IMG/VR virus record: IMGVR_UViG_3300027227_000012
Span: 1-33,110 of that record
Direction: 5' to 3' (one strand)
Length of the DNA: 33,110 bases
DNA from: a virus
Taxonomy: Duplodnaviria; Caudoviricetes
A program made the position numbers and the translations under genes. Shown here piece after piece: positions 23,839-32,826 of the stretch; within the stretch, counting starts at the first letter, position 1, and each line of letters opens with the position of its first letter. Below the pieces are notes generated by a model that worked only from the letters and a program-made list of their open reading frames with translations, was not told the DNA's origin and made no database searches.

Positions 23839-23846
23839 CAAATATA
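23839..23846 (-). promoter_or_regulatory. Bacteroidota-type -7 promoter box TATATTTG
   Basis: TAnnTTTG match in the AT-rich intergenic gap, with no ORF between it and the terminator ~35 nt downstream. Confidence 0.45.
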
Positions 23847-23876
23847 TAATATTATTTGTTACTACCATATAAAATC

Positions 23877-24641
23877 TTAATCATTTCCTGAAAACTTTTC
23901 TTCAAGAAATTTGTATAGCTCTAAGCCTTCATCTGATTGCAGATATGATGCAAGCGCGTGAATATGATCATGTCCAAATGGAACAGTTATTAAACGTTTC
24001 TTGTTGTCTTTTAGGTTGAAGTGGATGTCTTTATTTCCACGGAACGTAAAGTAACCTGATGTAAATGCACGAGCTGCAAAGTTATTGATCTTAAGAAGTG
24101 GATCAGACGCAGCCTCCATAAAGTCTTGTGGATAACGCTTAGCAAACAACATCATGTCACGCTTAATCTCTGTAGAGCTCATGTTGTCTACATTTGAACT
24201 TAATACCAATCTAGCTACTGCCTCAAGAGTATTAAAGTCTTTGTCAGCTAAATCACGAGCTAAAAGTAATGCATCAATCTCAGAGAATAACTCCTCAACA
24301 TCTTCTTGAGCATCTTTTTCTGAGTCAAATTCATAAAATTCTGATCCATTATTAGGATGATAATATAAGAATTCTTGAAGTACTGGGTTATTCTTTGGAA
24401 CTTTTAAAATACCATCTTCAAATACAATAGGCTCAACAATAACGTTAGCATCTTGTTCGTCTTGAAATGGGCTTTTTGAATTTCGCGCGTAGCGAAGTGG
24501 GTGATTCGTATTGGTCTCTTCATTGTAATACAAAAGACGTTTACGAGGAGTGTCTTTGTGTGCAATAAAATAGCTCAATGGAGCTTCTTGCATATTTAAT
24601 AAATAAGTCCTATCCTTAGGCTCTAGCTTTACTCTGTTCAT
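23877..24641 (-). CDS. Conserved phage protein downstream of the major capsid gene (254 aa)
   Basis: ORF with LRYARNSKSPFQDEQ and IVFEDGILKVP..NPVLQEFL..HP.N motifs, which I recall from the post-capsid gene of related Bacteroidota phages; function unknown. Confidence 0.6.
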   Translation of the reverse strand: MNRVKLEPKDRTYLLNMQEAPLSYFIAHKDTPRKRLLYYNEETNTNHPLRYARNSKSPFQDEQDANVIVEPIVFEDGILKVPKNNPVLQEFLYYHPNNGSEFYEFDSEKDAQEDVEELFSEIDALLLARDLADKDFNTLEAVARLVLSSNVDNMSSTEIKRDMMLFAKRYPQDFMEAASDPLLKINNFAARAFTSGYFTFRGNKDIHFNLKDNKKRLITVPFGHDHIHALASYLQSDEGLELYKFLEEKFSGND

Positions 24642-24661
24642 TTGATATAATTTGAATTATT

Positions 24662-24692
24662 AAAAAAATAGAGAGGGGCCGTAACCCCTCTC
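24662..24692 (-). terminator. Rho-independent terminator after the major capsid gene
   Basis: Stem GAGAGGGG/CCCCTCTC (24671-24678 and 24685-24692), 6-nt loop, followed on the minus strand by TATTTTTTT; 15 nt after the capsid stop codon. Confidence 0.85.
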
Positions 24693-24707
24693 GTATTATT
24701 AGTCTTC

Positions 24708-26123
24708 TTATCCTTTGAAGATAAAGAAGTTGTTAGCACCTAATGTACAAAGCGCACGCTCTGACAAGAAGTTGACCTCCATAGCATCTAATGAGCTAGT
24801 TTGTGCACCACCAGCTGAACCAGTCATCCAAGTTTTGTAACGACGGTTTTCAGCTTCAGAAGCACGGTAACGAACGTGAAGGAATGGACGTTTTGCATTC
24901 TTACCAAGTACTTGATCGTAAACGCTCATTGTACCAGCAGGAACCAAAACACCATTAACAGCACCACCAACGATACCACCGCGGAGAGTTGCGTCGTTAA
25001 GGTATTTCCAATCAGTCTTGTAGAACTCATAACCACGACGGAATCCAGAGAAACCAAGGTTAAGGGCCATTTCTTCGCTGTTGTCAAACAAACCATAAGA
25101 AGTACCACCAGCACCGTAAGAGTTCTGAGCAGCCAACATATCGTCGATGTCGAAAGAGAACTGACGGTTTAAGAACAATACGTTCTCAGCGATAGCACCT
25201 TGCTTGTCAAGACGTTGTACGATTGTATCGAAGTCACCTAAAGAAGATGGGTTACCACCAGACCAAACATTACCACGGCTTTCAATGGCATTGAACATAC
25301 CTTGAGTACCAGCACCTGTAGTTGCAGGTGGTGTTGGAGAAGTAACACCAAGGGCAGTAGCGGCACCTGAGTTAGAAGCAGCAGGAACGCCTTCAACCAT
25401 TGCCATTTCGAGGTAGTCCTCAAAACGTAAACGAGTTTCGTGCTCAGACTTCATATACCAGTAGTAACCAGTAGCACCATTTTCAGTAGTAACCTCAACC
25501 CAACCAACTTGAGCCATGTCAGAACCAGATACACGATATGTATCTTTAATGATAATAGGCTTGTTGTCGAAGAAAAGATCCTGTGATTCTAATGAACCAT
25601 CCATACCACTAGTTCCTTTTTTGAATTCAGAACCATATACAAATGCAGTAACAGTACCAGATGTAAATGGAGTTGATCCAAATGCAGAATAGTAAGCAAC
25701 AGTAAATGTATTTGAAGTTACATCTACGATAACGCCTTTTGCGGATTGAGCTGAATTACTTTCAGATGAAAGAAATACAGTTTGGCCATTACGGAAATTA
25801 CAAGTTCCTGAAGGAAGTGTAAATACTTGCTGACCAGCAGCAGGTGTTCCTAATGAACCATAAGTCAATCCAGTGTACTTCGTGTGAAGACGACCTTGTT
25901 CTGCCCATTTAATGAGGTCAGAGTTAGTAGGAAGTTCTGCACCTACCATACGCAAGAAAGATGCAATTGAACGGTTACCGTAACGCTCAAATTCTTGCTC
26001 GTAAGTGTCAGGCAAATATTGATTCAAGAAATCAAAATTTGTGATGTAGTTTGTAGGCAATGTTGCCTTTACAGCACTCGGGGTCAACAATGGACCCGGA
26101 GATACAGCTAATGTACCAGCCAT
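24708..26123 (-). CDS. Major capsid protein (471 aa)
   Basis: Position after portal and scaffold and before a strong terminator; appropriate size; motifs QYLPDTYEQEFERYGNR, IKWAEQGRLH and LSERALCTLGANNF; visibly biased codon use (GGT, CGT, GCT) expected of a highly expressed gene. Confidence 0.85.
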   Translation of the reverse strand: MAGTLAVSPGPLLTPSAVKATLPTNYITNFDFLNQYLPDTYEQEFERYGNRSIASFLRMVGAELPTNSDLIKWAEQGRLHTKYTGLTYGSLGTPAAGQQVFTLPSGTCNFRNGQTVFLSSESNSAQSAKGVIVDVTSNTFTVAYYSAFGSTPFTSGTVTAFVYGSEFKKGTSGMDGSLESQDLFFDNKPIIIKDTYRVSGSDMAQVGWVEVTTENGATGYYWYMKSEHETRLRFEDYLEMAMVEGVPAASNSGAATALGVTSPTPPATTGAGTQGMFNAIESRGNVWSGGNPSSLGDFDTIVQRLDKQGAIAENVLFLNRQFSFDIDDMLAAQNSYGAGGTSYGLFDNSEEMALNLGFSGFRRGYEFYKTDWKYLNDATLRGGIVGGAVNGVLVPAGTMSVYDQVLGKNAKRPFLHVRYRASEAENRRYKTWMTGSAGGAQTSSLDAMEVNFLSERALCTLGANNFFIFKG

Positions 26124-26128
26124 TTTTT

Positions 26129-27250
26129 CTAGTTTTTAGGTTTTTGTTTAATAACTAATCTGTTACCGTAACTAGGCTCTACAGCTCTTACCTGGAAACC
26201 ACCTTCAGTTTTCTTAGTCACCTGAGTAGATTGGCGCACCATGTCGATATTCTTTGACTCCTTAGAGACTGTATCAACTGTGTCTGCCATTCCTTTCTCA
26301 TAGAAGAACTTCGCAAACTTATCAGGGTTCGAAGCAATCGCTATTGCTCGATGGAATAACTCAGCATCCTTTAGGTAACCCTCTTCATTTAGGAACTTAT
26401 TTACAAAGTTCTTTAGTGAAGACTGCTCCTCAAGAAGTGACTTAGCTTCTGCTGGTTTATAGGTTAGTGCTTTGTCTTCGTCAATTGCAAATTTGAAACC
26501 TTCAAACTTATCTGAAAACAACTCACTAGTCTTGTCAGCAAAATACTGAGACCGCTTCGTTTGTTCCTCTTGCTCGCTAGTTGCGGCTTGTTTATATTGC
26601 TTGTAAGATTCGTAAGCTTCTTTTTCTTCTGCTGGAACAAAAGCATCCCTTGACTCAAGCGGAGCTTTATACTGTTCTTTTAGTTTATTAAAGTAGTCAC
26701 GAGCCTTAGTCAGCTCTTTTTTACGTTCTAGCTTTACCTTTTTAATGTGCTTGTCATCATCAAAGTCCTCATCATATGAATACTTAGACTCGAGCTCAAA
26801 CTTCACCTCATCAGCATCAAGCTCTGGGTTCTGTTCTTTGTGGTATTGGTAAAGCAAAGAATCTTCATCCATGGCGCTGTAGTCGACATTCAACTTCATG
26901 AAGTCTTCAATACCACGCCCAGTATCTTTCTTATACTTTAGAAACGCAGAGACATCTTCAGGTAGTTCTTCAGCTTGTGCTCGCTGCTCAACTAACTCAT
27001 CTAAAGATGTGATCTCTTTGTTCCATCTTTTACCTAGATATGAAAGAACTTTATTATCATCTAAATCCACCTCTTGTGGTGGGTTATTATCTACTATTGG
27101 CTCAGCAGCTGGTTGACCTTCCGTCAAGTCTACCTTGATGGTATCATTATCACCAGAGTGATCCTCTAATCCTTCAAGAAGCGCTGCTTCTTTTTCAGCC
27201 ATAGACTTCTCTTCGAATTCTACAGCTCTTACTTTAAATTCACCTTCCAT
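26129..27250 (-). CDS. Acidic scaffold-like / capsid assembly protein (373 aa)
   Basis: Highly acidic, disordered N-terminus and helical charged core, immediately upstream of the capsid gene. Confidence 0.55.
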   Translation of the reverse strand: MEGEFKVRAVEFEEKSMAEKEAALLEGLEDHSGDNDTIKVDLTEGQPAAEPIVDNNPPQEVDLDDNKVLSYLGKRWNKEITSLDELVEQRAQAEELPEDVSAFLKYKKDTGRGIEDFMKLNVDYSAMDEDSLLYQYHKEQNPELDADEVKFELESKYSYDEDFDDDKHIKKVKLERKKELTKARDYFNKLKEQYKAPLESRDAFVPAEEKEAYESYKQYKQAATSEQEEQTKRSQYFADKTSELFSDKFEGFKFAIDEDKALTYKPAEAKSLLEEQSSLKNFVNKFLNEEGYLKDAELFHRAIAIASNPDKFAKFFYEKGMADTVDTVSKESKNIDMVRQSTQVTKKTEGGFQVRAVEPSYGNRLVIKQKPKN

Positions 27251-27265
27251 TTAATTTAATTTTGA

Positions 27266-27273
27266 CAAAGTTA
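27266..27273 (-). promoter_or_regulatory. Bacteroidota-type -7 promoter box TAACTTTG for scaffold-capsid transcription
   Basis: TAnnTTTG match 15 nt upstream of the ATG at 27250, followed by an A-rich leader with no Shine-Dalgarno (AAATTAAATTAAATG). Confidence 0.65.
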
Positions 27274-27286
27274 ATAATTATTTTAT

Positions 27287-27919
27287 TTATTCATTATCGT
27301 AGAACATACGATCAGAATCTTCTGTGTGCCACTTATCAAAGCTCTCGCAGTTGTAGTAGTCTGTATTCACTAGATAGTCAGGGCGCTCTGGAAAAGGCTT
27401 TGTAACAAATGATGGCTCAGACCACTTAATGCGGTTGTTTGGCTGTAGTGCTATTTGACCATTGTCAAGTAAAATGATGTGATGACTCTTATGCTCTAGT
27501 GCATCCTCTGCTAATGATAGATCAGTATTTAAGTCATTCGCTCCCCAGTTGATGGTGGCATAGTAACTACCCGGATAGAACTTATGGTCTTTCATGTAAA
27601 CCTCAACTTTTGTGTCATACACATAAGATAGGTGTAGTAACGTAAAGTTGTATGAGAAGCAGTTCCATATCTGTAAGAAGTGGAATGGTAGATCTGGATC
27701 AGGTAGCTCGGGCTTAGTTAATAACGCATGGCTTGGTAACTTATCGCGCATTACTCCGTTCTCTAATAGAACTTGGAATAGTGCAGCCTGACCAGGCATG
27801 CATCTAACTGACATTATAACGCCAGGTGTAAACTCTCCTTGTCCTTTTTGATGTTGATACATGTATTCATTTCTAACGAATACTTTCAAAGGGAAGAAGT
27901 TATGTTCTATATATGCCAT
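27287..27919 (-). CDS. Conserved hypothetical phage protein (210 aa)
   Basis: Clean ORF coupled to the portal gene via TAATG; aromatic/His-rich with QIWNCFSY, EHKSHH and GQIALQPNNRI motifs; function unknown. Confidence 0.65.
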   Translation of the reverse strand: MAYIEHNFFPLKVFVRNEYMYQHQKGQGEFTPGVIMSVRCMPGQAALFQVLLENGVMRDKLPSHALLTKPELPDPDLPFHFLQIWNCFSYNFTLLHLSYVYDTKVEVYMKDHKFYPGSYYATINWGANDLNTDLSLAEDALEHKSHHIILLDNGQIALQPNNRIKWSEPSFVTKPFPERPDYLVNTDYYNCESFDKWHTEDSDRMFYDNE

Positions 27920-30342
27920 TATTTAGGTCCAAACGCTTCTAAATCGAAGCCATCAAGTGAGTCTTCAGTACTCTCAAAGTTTTGAGGTGGTAGGTTGTTT
28001 TGTCGTTGGTTGATTAGCTCAGACTGACGAGTGGCCTGTAGGTCGACTCGTTTATCTTTCGCCTTCTCCTTCTCAGTTTCACGATCTTTTAATGTCTGCA
28101 TCTGCATTCCGTTCAACTGCATGTTGTATTGGAACTCAATAGCCATTAGCTCTTTCTTGAGCTCGGCTTCTGCCTGCATCTTCTGAATGTCGCCTTGAAC
28201 TTCCATCTGCTTGATTTGAGCTTTTGTTTGGCCTTCCAATTGGATGACCTGTGCCTTAGCTTCAGCAGCTGCTTGAGAAGATTGGATGTTTGTCTGCATC
28301 TGCATTTGGAACTCCATCTCTTTCTCTTTCTGCTTCTGCTCCATACGCTTACGACGTTTCATCTTAAGCATCTCGTTTGCAAGCTTAATGTTGTTGATCA
28401 TGCGAATGTCAATTGCATCCTCTAGGTCAATTGTCTGCTGCTGTAACGCCATCTGAATGTTCTGCTCGAGCTGAGCCTTCTGCTCTTCATCTGGGGCAAT
28501 CTCAATAAAGATACCAAAGTCGTGTAGGTATAGATCCTTAACGTCTTCAAGTATCGCCATGTTGTACTTGCCAATCTGCATAGCAAACTCCTCAGCGAAG
28601 TCAGCATACTCAAGTATGTCAGCAACGCGGATAGATAAGCACTCAGCAACTCTTTTAGTGACATTAAGACCAGCTTCTAAGATGTGGCGAGTAGCTGTGT
28701 TTGAGTTTAGCGCTGCAAGCTTCTGAACACCAACCAAAGCATCTGGGTGTGGTGTTGATGCATCACGCACCTCGTTTACACCCGTCACATCGCGGATCAT
28801 ATTCAAGTAGTGGTTGTAGTTGCCGATAAGGGCAGCCATCTTAGCTTGGCCACTATTTGAGTTAAGCTCTTGAATTGGAATACGCGCGTTGTTGAACTCA
28901 CCGTCTTGTGTGTAGCTACGTCCAATCACACTACCTGTTTGGAAGTATAGATTGAGCGCATCCTCAGGGTTGTATGCGGCACCTGTTCCAAGGTCTACCT
29001 CATTAATACCATCAGCATCAATGAACACACCATCAGGAACTACGCGAGCCATAACTTGCTGTAGCTTCAAGTGAGTCAATTGGATCTGATCGGCAAATGG
29101 AATCATTCGACGAACGAGTGACTCAATATTTCCTTTATAGTAACGTGGAGCGTAAGCAATGTAGTTTGGAAGTGCTTTCTGTGATGCAGACTTAGGACGA
29201 ACCATGTTCTTCATCATCTCCCACTTAATGATGATGTTTGATCCACCGACCAACACACCTTCATACCAAACGTCGCGAACGGCTTCAACTACCTCAAACA
29301 TTTCGTTTGGTGGTGGGTTAAAGTTGTCATCCTTACGGATCACTCGCTCTCCTCCGTTTTCAAGTAATTTCTTTTTCCAAACAAACTTCTTGTGAGTCTT
29401 ATAATTAAAGTACAGCAACGTCACAACCTCATTTAAGAATGCGTCGTCTTGGTAGTTACGAATTATAGGGAAGTAGTCATACCAAGCTGAACCTGCGTTC
29501 TTAATCTCAGTAAGCTCCTCGTCAGTAAGGTTTGGATTCATTTTAAGCAGCTCAGTGTAGTGAACTTGCTTAACCTCTCCGAAGTAGAAGCAATCAGAGA
29601 AGTCACTCTTTTCAGTATAGCTGTGGATCCAGTTTGCTGGGTCTACATACTCAACCTTAACGCCATCGTTGATAAGAAACTCATGTTTAGCAACACCAAG
29701 TCCTATCGTGGCTACGTCGTAGTAATAGTCTCTCAACACATCTTCATAGTCATTCATCTTGAGAAGTGTGTTGATGGCAATCTCTTCAGCAATCTCAATG
29801 GATGGCTTGTAGTTCATCTGCATGTACAGAGAAAGCTCCTGATCATTTGCAGGCAGCTCATCTGGATTTACGTTGAACGCGTCAATTCCAAGTGTTTCCT
29901 TGGTCATCGTTAAGAAGTCCTTGGCTACCATGTCAGCCTCGATCATATCCTGGAACACGTTCTTCTTCTCAGCAGATAGAACGTCCTGAGCCTCAGCCTT
30001 AATGGTGTATGGTCTGTCTAGCATTCCATTGACAACAACGTCAACAAACTTAGGTATGATTGGAACCGGAGTCCAATCCAAGTTAAGCATTGATATGTCG
30101 CCATTAACAGCGATCTCGTCCTTGTACTTTTGTACAGGCTGTTCTCCACGGGCATATAGTCTCAGGCGGTGGAATTCACCCCACTGCTGATAAAATCTGC
30201 TTGAATTAGACTTCCTCTTAAACCACTCCCCTTCGATGGCTTTTCCTACCTTTAATCCGTACTCATATGTCGCCTTGACTTCATCTGGCGCCATTTGGTC
30301 CGGAAAGGGTAATGAGGAGATAACAACTGATGGTTTATCCAT
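27919..30342 (-). CDS. Portal protein (807 aa)
   Basis: Directly follows the terminase via TAATG; LDWTPVPIIPKFVDVVVNG motif, size and long Gln/Met-rich C-terminal coiled coil typical of podoviral / crAss-like portals. Confidence 0.85.
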   Translation of the reverse strand: MDKPSVVISSLPFPDQMAPDEVKATYEYGLKVGKAIEGEWFKRKSNSSRFYQQWGEFHRLRLYARGEQPVQKYKDEIAVNGDISMLNLDWTPVPIIPKFVDVVVNGMLDRPYTIKAEAQDVLSAEKKNVFQDMIEADMVAKDFLTMTKETLGIDAFNVNPDELPANDQELSLYMQMNYKPSIEIAEEIAINTLLKMNDYEDVLRDYYYDVATIGLGVAKHEFLINDGVKVEYVDPANWIHSYTEKSDFSDCFYFGEVKQVHYTELLKMNPNLTDEELTEIKNAGSAWYDYFPIIRNYQDDAFLNEVVTLLYFNYKTHKKFVWKKKLLENGGERVIRKDDNFNPPPNEMFEVVEAVRDVWYEGVLVGGSNIIIKWEMMKNMVRPKSASQKALPNYIAYAPRYYKGNIESLVRRMIPFADQIQLTHLKLQQVMARVVPDGVFIDADGINEVDLGTGAAYNPEDALNLYFQTGSVIGRSYTQDGEFNNARIPIQELNSNSGQAKMAALIGNYNHYLNMIRDVTGVNEVRDASTPHPDALVGVQKLAALNSNTATRHILEAGLNVTKRVAECLSIRVADILEYADFAEEFAMQIGKYNMAILEDVKDLYLHDFGIFIEIAPDEEQKAQLEQNIQMALQQQTIDLEDAIDIRMINNIKLANEMLKMKRRKRMEQKQKEKEMEFQMQMQTNIQSSQAAAEAKAQVIQLEGQTKAQIKQMEVQGDIQKMQAEAELKKELMAIEFQYNMQLNGMQMQTLKDRETEKEKAKDKRVDLQATRQSELINQRQNNLPPQNFESTEDSLDGFDLEAFGPK

Positions 30343-32561
30343 TATTCGATAATTTCGCTTCTTATGCCAGTATTCTTATATCTTACAAATTTAACACTTA
30401 TTTTAGATTCCTGTTTAACAGGTATAAATAGGTGTCTTCTTGATGCCATTAATGCCAATCCTGAACTAATCGAGGCATCGTGTTTGGTTCGGTTATTAAT
30501 ATCAAATCGGGCCCAGTCATTTAACGTTCTCGTAAAATACATGTCACCCATAGACTCTTTTTCTCTGTAGTTTCCTTCCGCATCAATACCAACATATTCC
30601 TCGATGTAAGTGTTGATACTATTAGCATGCGCGTGCTTTACGTCCTCACTAGAGTTGGGAATACCGCCTAGTTCAAGCTCAGTCTTTGATAGCTTAGACG
30701 TATGTTTGTCGGGCCTGTTCATTGAGAATGGACGATACCCTCTGTTCTTAAAGTGGTACAATAGTCGCTGTTTGTTGTTCTCTACAAGTATAGGCATTCC
30801 GTAGAAAAAACAAGCCATCAATACATCCTCAAAAAATATCTCAGCGGTCTGTGGACGAGCAATATACTCCAAGAAGAAGTGATTGGTTGGCGCGCTTTCC
30901 ATGTGAAAGTTGGTAATGCCATGCAATGCGCCGGCAGATCCACCACCCCCAACTACACCTGAGATGTCATAAGGGTCACACCCAAACACGCCAATGTCTT
31001 TATTGCCAGGATAGAACTTGCCGTCCTTCTTGACGACATTGTTGCGCATCTTAGCGTCAGGAATCCACGAAACAATAAACCTACCTTTCGGATCAGGCGT
31101 CCAAATAACCTCAGTATCCTTCTCGCCGTTCTTCCAATGGAAGTAGCCAGTTGTTAGGACGCGATCTTTAATCATCGCATCGTTGTAGTCAATCTGTTGG
31201 TATATCTTAGTTAAGTTGAATAGAGACGACTTACTCTCATCACGGAAAGCATGCGACTCTGTTCTAGGGAACTGACGGTAGTATTCGTTGAGTGCGTCTG
31301 AGTCTGACTTCATTGCAGCCACCTCATTATTCCAATAGGTTATGACACCCATGGTAATCTCCTCACCATCGATACCCATAATAGGTTTCTTCGGGTCATC
31401 AAACACTGGCCATCCATACTCGTCAATAAAGCCCTCCATGTTCCACTCCATTGGGATGAACAAAGAGTAAAGCCCTGACTTGGTTTGGCCATTGGCAGAT
31501 CGCTTGGTTGGGTCGCTGTCGTAGAACAGCTTCTTGAAATTCTCACCACCTTTACTAAGTGCGTTGGACGTGGAGCCCATCATGCACTTACCAATAATAC
31601 GACTACCCAAACGTAAACAAGTCTTGGTTACGCGCCAGTTATTTAGAATGTTTTCAGGCTTCTCCCACTTACCACTCTCGTCGTGTACAAGTAAAAGCAG
31701 CTTTTCACCGTCATAGCTGTTGTCTGCGGTGTTTTTCCAGTCGATGGTAGTATCTAACCCTTCTATATCATCATCGCGCTCCTCATCCATATTCTTGCGC
31801 GTAATCTTACTCGCAGGAACACGGAATGCCAACTCCGTCTTCGGGTTGTCCATACCGTCTTGGATCGGCTTGAAAAAGAAGGGATAATTTCTTACAATTG
31901 GCACAACCTTGTCGGTAAACATCTTCTTGGCATCCGATCCGGTCTTGGATAGAATACCAAGGCGAGCATCTCTGACAATTGTACCTGTATTTGACGTCTC
32001 TGCAGACGACATGAATGAGAAACCTGAACGACGGTTCTTTAGGTAGCACATGCCAAACGCTCGGCTGTCTGCCTTACATGCCTCCCAAAATATGTAGAAG
32101 ATCCGGTTGGACTCACGGAAGTCAGGCAGACCAATGTCAATCTTGGTCCACTGAAGGTACATGTAGTGTGTACCAGTCATGTAGGTTGGATTACCATTGT
32201 TGATAAACCAAAAGCCTTGCTCACGCCTCTCAAACTCAGTCTCGATCATGTCGACGTACTTCAGCTTGAACGCATTGTCTCTTCGGTTCCAATCAAATAT
32301 TGACTTGATTTTCTGTAGCTCGGCTGGATAGTCTATTGGTTGCCATCTGTTGCCTCTGTTCTCTACTACTTTAGGAGTAGATGGCAAAGCAACCTTTAAG
32401 CCATTTATCTCATAGATTTCACCAATGGTTCCGTCTTTAGATATAACAATTAGGTCATACTCCTTATTGTAACCATAGTCCCATGACTTTTTATTGTTCT
32501 TAGTATTAAGAGCAGTCTTGTTGACGTAGTCAGTTACTATGGAGTACAGCTTATTTTCCAT
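30342..32561 (-). CDS. terL: Terminase large subunit (739 aa)
   Basis: Walker A-like LKNRRSGFS, Walker B LLLVHDESGKW, motif III MGSTSN, RNase H-like nuclease acidic motifs FGCDPYD and KHDASISSG. Confidence 0.9.
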   Translation of the reverse strand: MENKLYSIVTDYVNKTALNTKNNKKSWDYGYNKEYDLIVISKDGTIGEIYEINGLKVALPSTPKVVENRGNRWQPIDYPAELQKIKSIFDWNRRDNAFKLKYVDMIETEFERREQGFWFINNGNPTYMTGTHYMYLQWTKIDIGLPDFRESNRIFYIFWEACKADSRAFGMCYLKNRRSGFSFMSSAETSNTGTIVRDARLGILSKTGSDAKKMFTDKVVPIVRNYPFFFKPIQDGMDNPKTELAFRVPASKITRKNMDEERDDDIEGLDTTIDWKNTADNSYDGEKLLLLVHDESGKWEKPENILNNWRVTKTCLRLGSRIIGKCMMGSTSNALSKGGENFKKLFYDSDPTKRSANGQTKSGLYSLFIPMEWNMEGFIDEYGWPVFDDPKKPIMGIDGEEITMGVITYWNNEVAAMKSDSDALNEYYRQFPRTESHAFRDESKSSLFNLTKIYQQIDYNDAMIKDRVLTTGYFHWKNGEKDTEVIWTPDPKGRFIVSWIPDAKMRNNVVKKDGKFYPGNKDIGVFGCDPYDISGVVGGGGSAGALHGITNFHMESAPTNHFFLEYIARPQTAEIFFEDVLMACFFYGMPILVENNKQRLLYHFKNRGYRPFSMNRPDKHTSKLSKTELELGGIPNSSEDVKHAHANSINTYIEEYVGIDAEGNYREKESMGDMYFTRTLNDWARFDINNRTKHDASISSGLALMASRRHLFIPVKQESKISVKFVRYKNTGIRSEIIE

Positions 32562-32826
32562 GTCTTGCTCTTCCTTCTGCGAAACCTGATTTGCCGAGTG
32601 TAACTTCTACTATTGGCCCCTCTGCAGCCTTATTCTCCTCCTCTTCGATCTTGTTGAGCATATACATGGCATCCTCAAATGCCAAACGCTTAGCTGACGC
32701 TGCGTTCTTCATCTTATCGGCCGATATGTCGTCCTCAGCGTGAGTGATGATAGGTGACTTTAGCACCTTGATCAACTCATCGATAGCCTGCTTAGCAGCC
32801 TCTACTATTTCTCCCTTTTTAGACAT
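32551..32826 (-). CDS. Small helical protein upstream of terL (91 aa), possible terminase small subunit
   Basis: Overlaps the terL start; helical with KNAASAKRLAFED and terminal GFAEGRA. Function inferred from position only. Confidence 0.5.
   Translation of the reverse strand: MSKKGEIVEAAKQAIDELIKVLKSPIITHAEDDISADKMKNAASAKRLAFEDAMYMLNKIEEEENKAAEGPIVEVTLGKSGFAEGRARHGK

Noticed and set aside
24876-32203. Short alternative-frame and antisense ORFs inside capsid, scaffold, portal and terminase genes
   Set aside because: Fully nested in conserved essential genes with no independent signals.
27919-32561. Introns or inteins in terminase or portal
   Set aside because: Both ORFs are continuous and of ordinary size, with no evident intein splice motifs or homing endonuclease.
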